A stretch of DNA of 64,000 nt from a virus: positions 1 to 64,000 of IMG/VR virus record IMGVR_UViG_3300045988_126190; one strand, written 5' to 3'. How positions within the stretch are numbered: the stretch's first letter is position 1; every line of letters starts with the position of its first letter. Positions 1 through 8,941 of this stretch are shown here, in pieces. The position numbers and the translations under genes are program-made. The notes beneath the pieces were generated by a model. It did not search any database. It was not told where the DNA came from and saw only the letters and a program-made list of their open reading frames with translations.

Positions 1-1001
1 ATAACCTTGTCGCCCAGCTCGGCGGCGTGACCAGCGCTGCCGTTCAGGCTACACTTGCCATGTATGCGGCATATACCGCATTCTCTGGCGGCGGCAGACC
101 GCAGGGCGCAACCTCCGGCGCGGGATTCTCCAAAGAGCAGGCAGAGCTTCTTAGCAATTACGGCAAGATGCAGGAAGCTATGAAAATCTTGGAAAGGCTC
201 GACAGCAACGCTTACGGCGGCGGTGGTGGCGGTGGCGGCGGCGGTTCGTCTACCGACCCGACGCTCAAGGCGCTGCAAGACCGGGTTTCCCTGAGAAAGC
301 AGGAGCTGGCGCTGATGCAGGAGCGCGGCGACCCGGTGGACGAGCAAATCGCCAAACAGCGGGAAATCCAAGAGGCGCTGGCCGCACAGGCCAACTATAT
401 GCGCTCCATCGGCAGCGATCAGACCGACATTCTGAAGCTATCCACCGAGTGGTGGAGCATTCAGAACGCCATCAATAAGCTGCTGGAAACCTCGCAGGAC
501 GGCGTGAATGACTCCAAGGAGGAGCAGCTCAAGCTAGAAGAGCGGATTCTCGCCGTGCAGGAGGCGCAGGCGGCGCTTGCCAACGCGCAGAAAGAGCGGA
601 ACATCCGCGTTTTCAACTCGAAAACCGGGCAATGGGAATGGGTCGCGAATGCTTCCGATGTCTCTAAGGCGAAGGATTCGGTCAAAGACGCGCAGGAGAA
701 ACTTTCCGAATACGACGGGGACAAGAGCGGCTACGAGGACGTTATCTCGAAGCTCCTTACCTATGACCCGAACGCGCAGACAGCGGGCTCTACGTTCAGC
801 GCCGAGGGTGTCGTCCGAGCGGCGGGCGCAGGGAATGCCATGACGAACGCAACGACAACCAACTCCATCGGACAGCAAATGAACGGCAATATTTATCAGA
901 TTGCCGGAATGAGCTTTACCGAGGAGCAGGCGCGCGGGATAACCCTGTACGACCTTGCCAAGATGAGCAACAACCTGACCATCTATTCTCGCGGAATTTG
1001 A
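1..1001 (+). CDS. tail tape-measure-like protein, C-terminal fragment (5' end outside the window)
   Basis: The frame is open from base 3 to the stop at 999-1001. Coiled-coil, Gln/Ala-rich sequence with a G9 run. Directly precedes tail-type genes. Function assigned by position only. Confidence 0.4.
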   Translation, partial: NLVAQLGGVTSAAVQATLAMYAAYTAFSGGGRPQGATSGAGFSKEQAELLSNYGKMQEAMKILERLDSNAYGGGGGGGGGGSSTDPTLKALQDRVSLRKQELALMQERGDPVDEQIAKQREIQEALAAQANYMRSIGSDQTDILKLSTEWWSIQNAINKLLETSQDGVNDSKEEQLKLEERILAVQEAQAALANAQKERNIRVFNSKTGQWEWVANASDVSKAKDSVKDAQEKLSEYDGDKSGYEDVISKLLTYDPNAQTAGSTFSAEGVVRAAGAGNAMTNATTTNSIGQQMNGNIYQIAGMSFTEEQARGITLYDLAKMSNNLTIYSRGI

Positions 1002-1025
1002 TTTGTAATAGGAGGAATTTGTTTT

Positions 1026-2132
1026 ATGGCAGATATCAATCTTCCGGCGGCGACTGTTGCGCAGCTGATTCTTTCCATCGGCAACGCGGCGGCGCTCAGT
1101 ACCAAGGACAAGACCTCGCTCGTTGCGGCGATCAATGAGGTTGCGTCCGTTGCGGATAAGGCATCGAAGCCGGAGGCGTATAATGTTGCGTACTCCGGCA
1201 CGGTGGACGGAACGAAGGTCATGGATGTTCGTGCAGCACTCGACGCTCTGTCCAAAATGGGAGCTGTTTTTGTGGTAAGCGCTACGCAAAGCAGCTCCGG
1301 CACGGTCACGTCGAGCAATACCTATGCGGAGATTTCTGCGGAGGTGAGCAAAAAGAAGCCCGTTGCGTGTTTCCTGCGAACCTCCCCGCTCGGGACATCG
1401 GTTTTGTGGCTCGAAGGTTTTTCGGCGGTAGCGGCGATTTTCCGGCTTACCTACGTGACTTCCGGCAATTATACCCAGACGGTACAGCTCAAAGTAACGA
1501 GCGAAAATGTTTGGAGTTTGGAGACGTTGAAAGAAACCCCAGATGGCATCGGCGCAGTGCCGAAAAGCAGGACTGTGAACGGGAAGTCACTGACGGAAAA
1601 CGTTACCCTCGCTGCTGAGGATATCGGATACCCCGGCAAGGTCGGCGACGCTGGCAGCTCGCCCAACACGGTGTCCAACGTAGCCGAAGCGCTTGTCGCG
1701 CTGGCAGTTGGTGAGCCGTTTAATGTTACTGCCAACTTCGTGGCCAGCGGAGCAGCTTCAGTCGCCGAATGGGCGGTCGCCGGGTCTGGTGACTATTATA
1801 ATATCGGCGAAGGTTATTATATCATCTCAACAACAGATACGCGGTACTATGTTCGCATTCTTGGTCTTGCATCCATGACGCAACGCGTCGTGCAAATCTG
1901 GAAACAAGGCAGGGTTAACATTGAACCGACCTTTGAAATTTGGCAATGCACAGCGCCCGGTGCCACGCCGGAAATGTTGCTTCGTTATGAAGCAGACCGT
2001 GGCGATCTCACCATTCCGAATCAGCGGTGGAACTGGCAGGTTCCGGACTATCGCGGCAGGCCGGATGGCTCTGTCCTTGCCATGCGAAATGGGCAGCCAG
2101 TGTGGATGCCGATTTCGGAGCTAACGACCTAA
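1026..2132 (+). CDS. tail fibre / receptor-binding-like structural protein
   Basis: AGGAGG lies upstream of the ATG. The N-terminal motif KTSLVAAINEV is one I associate with Firmicutes phage fibre proteins. 368 aa. Confidence 0.4.
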   Translation: MADINLPAATVAQLILSIGNAAALSTKDKTSLVAAINEVASVADKASKPEAYNVAYSGTVDGTKVMDVRAALDALSKMGAVFVVSATQSSSGTVTSSNTYAEISAEVSKKKPVACFLRTSPLGTSVLWLEGFSAVAAIFRLTYVTSGNYTQTVQLKVTSENVWSLETLKETPDGIGAVPKSRTVNGKSLTENVTLAAEDIGYPGKVGDAGSSPNTVSNVAEALVALAVGEPFNVTANFVASGAASVAEWAVAGSGDYYNIGEGYYIISTTDTRYYVRILGLASMTQRVVQIWKQGRVNIEPTFEIWQCTAPGATPEMLLRYEADRGDLTIPNQRWNWQVPDYRGRPDGSVLAMRNGQPVWMPISELTT

Positions 2133-2211
2133 TCAACAAGCAGAAATAGGAGGCATACCGTTGGTCTGATTTTGCTTTGTTTCAAGAATGGGGACAAGGA
2201 AGTGATACATT

Positions 2212-3558
2212 ATGGCTGAAAAATATATCAGCGTACCGTTTTACTGCAATGACGGGGAATTTACCTGTTCGGATAAGGTTTTTACTGTTCTGGCAACGCG
2301 GGAGCTGACGGCATTTGAAAAATATACGGATTATCTCCGGATGCTGCGTAGGCCATTCACGAAGCTGTGCCGCCTGCGGTTTTTGCTTCCGGATGGCTCG
2401 ACGGCCTTTGCGCTGGACAATTCTCCTCGCAACCGGAGAAACCGGGCATTTCTTGCAGAGGGTACGCTCTCGGTGAATCTGCAAAACGGGGTACGCCGCA
2501 CGGCCTCCGTGACGATCGCCAACGCAGACGAGCTTTACGACTACTCGGTCGGGAAACTCTGGTACGGGCAGGAGGTAGCGCTCGACGAGGGACTTATCCT
2601 CTCCGACGGCGAAGAATTCTATATCCAACAGGGCGTTTTTGTCATCAAAGACCCGGAAACGCCCATAAAGCCCGGCAGCAGCACGATCTCCCTGAATCTT
2701 GTGGATAAATGGGCGAATCTGGACGGCACTCTTCGCGGCGGTCTTGAAGCGACGCATCAGGTCCCAGTCGGAACGAATGTATTCGCGCCCATCACGACGA
2801 TTCTCGCCGCCGATCGAGGCAACGGAGTCCCTGTGGACAACCAGAATCCGGTCTATACGTCCTACTACGACGGAAAAACGCAGACGCTTCCGAATGGCGG
2901 CCGCGTGGCGCTGACCAACACACCATACACCATCACCGTCGATTCCGAGAGCGGCACGGAGGCAGATATCATTCTTGCACTGGCCGAAACGCTGAACGCA
3001 TGGGTCGGCTATGACGCAATGGGTCGGCTGCGCGTTGACCCGTCGCAGGACGATATCCTAGATGCCGAAAAGGCGCTGATTTGGGAGTTTTCTACGGAGG
3101 AAACGACGCTGTTAGGCATGACTTACTCCGCGCTGAACACCGCTGTATACAACGACTATATCGTGACCGGCGAACAGTTGGAGGACTATTCCCAACCTGC
3201 GGCACGGGCGCAAAATCTCGACCCGACAAGCCCTACAAACGTCAACCTCATCGGGCGAAAGACTTTTAGAGAGAGCAAGAGCGGCTACGTGACCGACATG
3301 CAGTGTCAGGATTACGCCGTCTGGAAGCTCAAGCGGGCGGCGGTCCTGCAAAACTCGGTATCTATCGAATGCTCCCAGATTATGCACCTTGAGGAAAACA
3401 AGCTCGTTTCTATCGCAAGGACGGATAAAACCGGAACTCCGCGAGAGCTGCATCTTGTGACGGCATTTTCCCGACCGTTGGCGTGGAACGGCTCGATGCA
3501 GATCACGGCGACCTCCGTCAACGACCTTCCGGCAGCGACACTCATCGATAAAAAATAG
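2212..3558 (+). CDS. tail/baseplate structural protein
   Basis: AAGGAAG SD. 448-aa ORF between a fibre-like gene and a 757-aa tail gene. No enzymatic motif recognised. Confidence 0.4.
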   Translation: MAEKYISVPFYCNDGEFTCSDKVFTVLATRELTAFEKYTDYLRMLRRPFTKLCRLRFLLPDGSTAFALDNSPRNRRNRAFLAEGTLSVNLQNGVRRTASVTIANADELYDYSVGKLWYGQEVALDEGLILSDGEEFYIQQGVFVIKDPETPIKPGSSTISLNLVDKWANLDGTLRGGLEATHQVPVGTNVFAPITTILAADRGNGVPVDNQNPVYTSYYDGKTQTLPNGGRVALTNTPYTITVDSESGTEADIILALAETLNAWVGYDAMGRLRVDPSQDDILDAEKALIWEFSTEETTLLGMTYSALNTAVYNDYIVTGEQLEDYSQPAARAQNLDPTSPTNVNLIGRKTFRESKSGYVTDMQCQDYAVWKLKRAAVLQNSVSIECSQIMHLEENKLVSIARTDKTGTPRELHLVTAFSRPLAWNGSMQITATSVNDLPAATLIDKK

Positions 3559-3572
3559 TAAGGAGGTAGAAA

Positions 3573-5846
3573 ATGGCACTATACGAACCGACCAACATTA
3601 CCCCGGACCAGAAATACTCCATCGGGAACGGTACCGTTGATGTAAACGACGGTCTTACCATTGCGTGGCAGGTCAACGGGAATGCCATGACACCGATGAC
3701 TGGCTACAGCATCGAAATCACCGAAAACAACGCCGACAATACGCCGGTCTACAGTACACCTGTGAAGCAGCTTGCCACGCCGTTTAGCGGGGCAGACGCG
3801 CTTGGGAATCCTATCCGGTACGAATTCCACATCCCGAAAAAAAACGTGCTGAACGGCCAGTATTTCAGCTATTCGAGCAAGACACTAAGCAATGTCGCTG
3901 TTGATTTTTCGGTGTTCGCATCGAAGTTTTCTGAACGGCTGCTTCCGTATGTGTTCAATTATTCGGCCGGCTCTTGGTGGTACTTAGGCTCCGAGGAAGG
4001 AAACAGTCTGTCGCAGTACGGCATTAGCTATTCCGGAACTCCGGCGCAGGGCGATTTGATTTCCGTGATGCTCGGCAAGCCTTTCGTAAACGGCAAGGAA
4101 TACAAAATGGTCATCACACAGTTCTGGGCGGATGGCTCTGTGACGCAGAAAAGCCCGTCTGTATTTATTACTCGGGCGAAGCCTGTCCTTGCACTAACGG
4201 GTTTCAGCAATCCGTTAACGACGCGACTAAAAACCTTTACAGCAAGCTATACACAAGCGCAGGGCGACGCACTGACATGGGTGCGGTGGCGGATTGCGCT
4301 TGCAAATGATCTGGATGCACCGCTTTATGATAGCGGGAGAATCTACGGTGCCGGAAGCCTCGAAACGAGCTATGACGGATTTTTTACCGGAAACAGTTAC
4401 GCGATTCGCTGCGATGGGGAAACGATCAACGGCATCTCTGCCAGCACGGGTTGGAGCGTTTTTTCCGTTTCCTACACGATGAATCCCACTTCGGCAACGC
4501 TCAGCGCCTCTTGCGAAAAGGGCAGAAGCGCGGTTTGCCTGAAGTGGTCCGGACTGGAATATTTCCCCGCAGATGGGAGCGGGTATCAGGTGGCAAACAA
4601 TCAACTGCTTCTCTCCGGGGCTTCCAGCTTGGTCGATTGGATCGGTGCGATGGGTTCTGCACCATGGTCTGCCGTCTACAACGCAGAAGCGCTGAAAGTT
4701 GGCGGCGCACGGTACAATGAAGCCATCAGTATCAGCGGATTTGAGAACGGCAACAGTTTGCTCCTCATGGTGTTCACGGGAAAACTTTCTGTTGCCTATG
4801 TCAGCAGCAGAACGGATGAGCCGGTCGAAGTCGGCTCAAAATCCTACGACAACGCATCAAAAGTGGCGATGTACGTCCGGCCATCGGATAATCCAGTCTA
4901 CCCGGCGGCAAGTTATGTCCTCTGCACGGTTTCTATTGGTAGTTCGAGCGGCAGTTTTTCGGAATTGGCGGCGTATGTTCCGCTGCAACAGGCGAGTTTG
5001 TCGCGCTTCCAGCTTTCCGGACAGCAGACTTGCAATTTTGTTCAGACCTTCGATGCGTCGAAAAAAACAGCAGTGGACCAGTGGCTTTCAACAGGCGGCA
5101 CTATCGAAAACTATGTCGCGGCGAGAGATTCGGCGACGGTGGCCATGACGCAATGGCATTTGGGGCGCGATACCCTCAACGCAGGCACAATCGACGTTTA
5201 TCCGAGTCAAGGCACTTTGACGGTCTACCGCGCAATGGACGGCGTTCTTTCGCGTGTTGCTGCGCCGATCATCAACGCAGGGGAAGTTTATGATTATGCC
5301 GCAGGCAGCCGACAAGGGCCGTTCACCTACTACGGCTTCCCAGACAGCGCGGATGAAACTTGGTATGCTCCAATCACAACCGGTCCGGTCAATCCGTGCT
5401 GGTGGGACTGGACGCTGCTTTCGTGTGTGGAGGAGGCCGATAACAGGTACCGCGTGGAGCAGGAATTCCATTTCGGCAATAATGTTTCGACCGGCGCGAT
5501 CTCCAACAACAATGCGCCGTCGCTTTGGAACAACTTCACGCGCTACCCGACGATACAGCGGGCCCCACAGAACTATCAGAGCGGCTCCCTGACGTCGCTC
5601 ATCGGTGTAATTGCCGACGGGGAGTATACGGACACCATTGCGGCAAGAGACGCGATCTGGGCGCTTTCTACGACGCAGAACACGTTGTTCCTCAAGAACC
5701 GGAAGGGCGACGTGCTGATGGTGGCGATCTCCGGCGCGATTACTATGCAGACGGGCGACAATACACCGCAGCAGACGCAGACGGCGACCATCCCTTGGGT
5801 AGAAATCGGCAGCGCAGACGGCGTTCAGATATATTCTCTGAGCTGA
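3573..5846 (+). CDS. large tail-tip / baseplate protein (possible receptor binding)
   Basis: AAGGAGG SD 14 nt after the previous stop. 757 aa with Ser/Thr/Gly/Asn-rich, beta-type composition. Last large gene of the tail block. Confidence 0.4.
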   Translation: MALYEPTNITPDQKYSIGNGTVDVNDGLTIAWQVNGNAMTPMTGYSIEITENNADNTPVYSTPVKQLATPFSGADALGNPIRYEFHIPKKNVLNGQYFSYSSKTLSNVAVDFSVFASKFSERLLPYVFNYSAGSWWYLGSEEGNSLSQYGISYSGTPAQGDLISVMLGKPFVNGKEYKMVITQFWADGSVTQKSPSVFITRAKPVLALTGFSNPLTTRLKTFTASYTQAQGDALTWVRWRIALANDLDAPLYDSGRIYGAGSLETSYDGFFTGNSYAIRCDGETINGISASTGWSVFSVSYTMNPTSATLSASCEKGRSAVCLKWSGLEYFPADGSGYQVANNQLLLSGASSLVDWIGAMGSAPWSAVYNAEALKVGGARYNEAISISGFENGNSLLLMVFTGKLSVAYVSSRTDEPVEVGSKSYDNASKVAMYVRPSDNPVYPAASYVLCTVSIGSSSGSFSELAAYVPLQQASLSRFQLSGQQTCNFVQTFDASKKTAVDQWLSTGGTIENYVAARDSATVAMTQWHLGRDTLNAGTIDVYPSQGTLTVYRAMDGVLSRVAAPIINAGEVYDYAAGSRQGPFTYYGFPDSADETWYAPITTGPVNPCWWDWTLLSCVEEADNRYRVEQEFHFGNNVSTGAISNNNAPSLWNNFTRYPTIQRAPQNYQSGSLTSLIGVIADGEYTDTIAARDAIWALSTTQNTLFLKNRKGDVLMVAISGAITMQTGDNTPQQTQTATIPWVEIGSADGVQIYSLS

Positions 5847-5859
5847 CGGAGGTGAGAGT

Positions 5860-6036
5860 ATGGCGAAGAAGCAGCGCGTTCTTGTGCTGAAAACCGGTGA
5901 GGAATTCCCTATTGTCGGGGAAAACGGCCGGTACTGGCTCTGCGAGGGAGCGAATTTCCGAAAATCCAACCGGGAAATTCAGGAGATCAAGGCACTCAAG
6001 GCGGAAAAACCTGCCCGCAAAGAATCGGACGAATGA
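5860..6036 (+). CDS. hypothetical small protein (58 aa)
   Basis: Not in the ORF track (<60 aa). GGAGGTGAG SD 5 nt before ATG 5860, stop TGA 6034-6036. Followed by a strong terminator. Confidence 0.4.
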   Translation: MAKKQRVLVLKTGEEFPIVGENGRYWLCEGANFRKSNREIQEIKALKAEKPARKESDE

Positions 6037-6141
6037 GTTTAACTTTTTAGGACTGAAAACTTGAACTCGTTATCGGAATCACGGTATATCCGGATGGTTT
6101 TTGAAATGAGTTTAAGAAAAACGCACGAAAAACGCACAAAA

Positions 6142-6174
6142 ATCGCACGGGCGTGTGTTCCCGTGCGATTTTTA
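6142..6174. terminator. bidirectional rho-independent terminator
   Basis: 10-bp stem ATCGCACGGG/CCCGTGCGAT (6142-6151 / 6160-6169), with an A-run before and a T-run after. Sits between convergent genes. Confidence 0.7.
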
Positions 6175-6214
6175 TTATCTCAAGGTTCCATGCGTGAGCG
6201 TTTTCTCGGATTGC

Positions 6215-7213
6215 CTATCGCAGTTTTGCTACCATGTCGTCGCAGTAGCGGGAAATGTCGCACGGGTTGATGATCTGATATTTCTCGACGACCTTCTTGA
6301 AGTAGTCGTCAATCAGTTTCTTATCAATCGTGGCCGCGCTGCGGTCGTTTGGAAGCAAATTGCCTCGCGTTTCAATCCACGGGCGTTCGTTATGCGTAAT
6401 TCGGCTCAGAACGCCGCCCGAATACATCCCGAATATATCTGCAACCGCGTTCATAAGGACGATTTCACGCGTAGTAAACTCCGAAAAATCTTCGGCTTCT
6501 TCCATCGTCGGCATAGAAATCGGGTTCCATCCGCAGTCGCTGTACATCCGGTATATGTCGGGATAAACAGGTCCATACGCCCACGCTTGGCAGTCGTCAG
6601 TGAAAAGGTCGGTACGGTACAATGCGCGGAAGAACGCCTGCGCAAAATACAGCAGTTTCTGGAGCACCATAGGGGTAACTTCCTCGGCTCTGTGCAGCAT
6701 ATACCTTGCAACCAGCGCAATCTTGTCGCGACCGTACAGCACGGAAATCTTGTTTACCGCCGCCCTGCATTTTGCGTAGGCAACGGACGTGATACGGTCC
6801 TTGTTTTCCTCAAGGTACTTCCCCATCACGTCATGCGAGGACAGCACCTCCTTCAAGAGGTCAGAATGCGCCTTTGACGGAAGCTGACCGCCGACGTAGC
6901 GGTTGATGGTCACATCGCCAAAACCCAGCAGTTTCGCAAGTGGGCCAGCGCCGATGTTGTATTTTTGGAGAATCTGTTCAATTTGCGCGACAGTGATCAG
7001 GTTGGCGGCTTTGCGGTATGCTTCATGTGCCGCAATAGCGTTTTCGTCGTTTACTTCAGCAACATATGTTTCCTCGCCGCAAACAGTGCAGTAAGCAGTT
7101 CGTTCGACATAGCTAAATGTAATTCCGCGAACGGTCTGTTCGATTTTCCGCGACTTTACTTCATATTCTGTTTCAGCCCCGCAGTTGACACAAAAAGTAT
7201 TCATATCGTTCAT
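6215..7213 (-). CDS. antitoxin: MqsA-type zinc ribbon + XRE HTH fused to a Panacea (DUF4065/SocA-like) domain
   Basis: Start moved to ATG 7213 behind AAGGGAG. CVNCG...CTVCGE zinc ribbon, then an HTH (GPLAKLLGFGDVTINRYVGG), then LQKLLYFAQ...AWAYGPVYPDIY, which is typical of DUF4065. Confidence 0.65.
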   Translation of the reverse strand: MNDMNTFCVNCGAETEYEVKSRKIEQTVRGITFSYVERTAYCTVCGEETYVAEVNDENAIAAHEAYRKAANLITVAQIEQILQKYNIGAGPLAKLLGFGDVTINRYVGGQLPSKAHSDLLKEVLSSHDVMGKYLEENKDRITSVAYAKCRAAVNKISVLYGRDKIALVARYMLHRAEEVTPMVLQKLLYFAQAFFRALYRTDLFTDDCQAWAYGPVYPDIYRMYSDCGWNPISMPTMEEAEDFSEFTTREIVLMNAVADIFGMYSGGVLSRITHNERPWIETRGNLLPNDRSAATIDKKLIDDYFKKVVEKYQIINPCDISRYCDDMVAKLR

Positions 7214-7243
7214 AGAAGTTGCTCCCTTCACTTCACTTGGCAA

Positions 7244-7639
7244 TTATTGGTCATATTTCCCTTTTTCGTGAAATGAAATTACCATAACTATATCATACGC
7301 AGTACGCGTCTCGATATATAGTTTCAAGTACAGTTTTACTAATTCAGGTTCGCCAAAGTATAAAAGCTCGGCATCCTTGAAAAACTTGTAGACCTCGGCA
7401 GATATATCATATCGCGGGTTATCATTTGGAGAAATCTCGACGCAATCCTCTGCCGAAAGCATTTTCAAAATATCGCACTGTTCTTTGTGCGAAAGACGAT
7501 ACTTCTCTTGCAGTTCTTTATTTTTCCATCTTGGAATGACCTTGATGTCGCCGGTTGCCAGCAGCGGCTTCATCCTCTTAATGAATTCTTGCGCTTTTTT
7601 GTAATCGTCTGGCGAAAGTTCGGTACGGATAGGAATCAC
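7244..7639 (-). CDS. MqsR-family toxin-like protein
   Basis: The C-terminus LYLKLYIE...IVMVISFHEKG resembles E. coli MqsR (VYLKITVIHDVLIVSFKEK). Toxin-first gene order, abutting the antitoxin gene. GTG start. Confidence 0.55.
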   Translation of the reverse strand: MIPIRTELSPDDYKKAQEFIKRMKPLLATGDIKVIPRWKNKELQEKYRLSHKEQCDILKMLSAEDCVEISPNDNPRYDISAEVYKFFKDAELLYFGEPELVKLYLKLYIETRTAYDIVMVISFHEKGKYDQ

Positions 7640-7661
7640 CTCGGCTTCTCTTTCTGGCTAT

Positions 7662-7700
7662 AGTATACGCTTGTGATAAGAAAAAGTCAATATCTTATCA
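7662..7700 (-). promoter_or_regulatory. promoter/operator of the toxin-antitoxin operon
   Basis: On the minus strand, TTGACT(7685-7690)-17 nt-TATACT(7662-7667). The inverted repeat TGATAAGA(7674-7681)/TCTTATCA(7693-7700) brackets the -35. Confidence 0.5.
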
Positions 7701-7749
7701 TAAAATTATGCAGATGATAATTTTTGCTCAAATTTGATGTTATAGGGAA

Positions 7750-7785
7750 AACGAGCGGAATCCCAATTACGGGGCTCCGCTCGTT
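7750..7785. terminator. stem-loop terminator (bidirectional context)
   Basis: 10-bp stem AACGAGCGGA/TCCGCTCGTT with a T-run after it on the plus strand. Confidence 0.5.
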
Positions 7786-7851
7786 TTGTTTTACTGGCTA
7801 CAACGATTCTATGATTGCGCGCCGTGACGAAAAAATTTTTTGAGAATGGGG

Positions 7852-7891
7852 TTGACATATGCCTAGGCGTATGTTATATTTTGTCTAGGCG
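7852..7891 (+). promoter_or_regulatory. promoter/operator of RHH gene 1
   Basis: TTGACA(7852)-17 nt-TATATT(7875). Direct repeats CCTAGGCG(7862) and TCTAGGCG(7884) flank the -10. Confidence 0.55.
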
Positions 7892-7912
7892 AAAGTGAAG
7901 TGAGGTGAGAGT

Positions 7913-8101
7913 ATGCCGCCGAAAACAGGCCGTCCTATCGTTGGGACAGAGCCAAAAAACAAGCAAATCGCACTCAGGGCAACCGAAACAACCGTCAGGA
8001 AATTTCAAGAATGTTCTGATGCCACGGGAAAAACCAAGACCGAATTGCTTGAAGAAATGGTGGATTCCCTGTACAAAGAGGTAACGGCTAAGAAAAAATA
8101 G
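7913..8101 (+). CDS. ribbon-helix-helix (Arc/CopG-like) small repressor, copy 1
   Basis: GAGGTGA SD. 62 aa beginning MPPKTGRP... with a beta-strand/helix/helix pattern. Paralogous to 8650-8823 and 47776-47946. Confidence 0.55.
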   Translation: MPPKTGRPIVGTEPKNKQIALRATETTVRKFQECSDATGKTKTELLEEMVDSLYKEVTAKKK

Positions 8102-8166
8102 ATGCAACCCGTCCACGACCAAATGACCGGATTGCATCTACCCAAACGACGGGGAAGCCCCATCTG
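8093..8166 (-). ncRNA. candidate sar-like antisense sRNA, module 1
   Basis: Minus-strand consensus promoter TTGACA(8196-8201)-17-TATAAT(8173-8178). Hairpin GATGCAA/TTGCATC (8101-8138) is followed by a U-run on the minus strand. Predicted length about 74 nt. Confidence 0.4.
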
Positions 8167-8225
8167 AAATCTATTATACTCAGATAGGGCTTCCTTGTCA
8201 AACACTGTTTTGAAAGGGAGCTATT

Positions 8226-8645
8226 ATGAATAACGAAATCCAGATTTTCAATTACAACGACCATGAAGTCAGAACCGTTCAGAAAGATGGCGAACCGTGG
8301 TTTGTCTTAAAAGACGTTTGCGGAATCCTTTCCATTGGGAATGTAGCTGATGTTTACGCTCGCCTTGACACCGATGAAAAGGGGGTCGGCCAAATCGACA
8401 CCCTTGGCGGACGGCAAAACATGAGCATTATCAACGAATCCGGACTCTACAACGTCATTCTCCGTTCCGACAAGCCAGAAGCGAAGCCCTTTCGCAAGTG
8501 GGTCACGTCCGAAGTCCTTCTATCTATGGTTGAAATGCACAATTCTGGTGCTGTGATTTTGTACATTATGCCGCAAAATATTTTCTTGACATTTTTGCGT
8601 TCCGGAAATATAATTGAATTATCGGAACACAGAAATGCGAGGTGA
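8226..8645 (+). CDS. Bro-N domain protein, truncated relative to its paralogues
   Basis: MNNEIQIF...INESGLYNVI...FRKWVTSEVL is a Bro-N signature. Similarity ends right after KWVTSEVL, and the tail overlaps the next cassette's promoter. Confidence 0.55.
   Translation: MNNEIQIFNYNDHEVRTVQKDGEPWFVLKDVCGILSIGNVADVYARLDTDEKGVGQIDTLGGRQNMSIINESGLYNVILRSDKPEAKPFRKWVTSEVLLSMVEMHNSGAVILYIMPQNIFLTFLRSGNIIELSEHRNAR
8586..8628 (+). promoter_or_regulatory. promoter/operator of RHH gene 2
   Basis: TTGACA(8586)-17 nt-TATAAT(8609). The inverted repeat GTTCCG(8599)/CGGAAC(8623) brackets the -10. Confidence 0.55.
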
Positions 8646-8649
8646 AATT

Positions 8650-8823
8650 ATGGCTCCGAAGGCTGGGAGACCGAAGTCGGAGAATCCGAAGGATGTTGAT
8701 GTGAAGGTAAGATTTGACAAGGAGCTGAACGCAAAGCTACTGCAATACTGTCAAAAACACGACATCACGAGAACAGAAGCAATCCGGCGCGGTGTTCATC
8801 TGCTTCTCTCCCAAGAAAAATAG
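8650..8823 (+). CDS. ribbon-helix-helix (Arc/CopG-like) small repressor, copy 2
   Basis: GAGGTGA SD. MAPKAGRPKSENPKDVDVKVRFD...TRTEAIRRGVHLLL is a typical RHH pattern. Confidence 0.6.
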   Translation: MAPKAGRPKSENPKDVDVKVRFDKELNAKLLQYCQKHDITRTEAIRRGVHLLLSQEK

Positions 8824-8897
8824 AATAAGACAATCGGCCTGCCGTAGGAAGCTAAAACCGATTGCCTTATTTCAACACAACTCCTGAAGGAATTGGT
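8815..8897 (-). ncRNA. candidate sar-like antisense sRNA, module 2
   Basis: Minus-strand TTGATT(8927-8932)-17-TAGAAT(8904-8909). 11-bp hairpin 8827-8868 followed by a U-run on the minus strand. Confidence 0.35.
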
Positions 8898-8941
8898 AAA
8901 TCTATTCTATCATTCCTCTGGGGAAAAATCAAGGAGGAATT

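Noticed and set aside
6155-6877. 240-aa plus-strand ORF
   Set aside because: It is antisense to the Panacea-domain antitoxin gene and begins inside the bidirectional terminator. It has no SD and junk-like composition.
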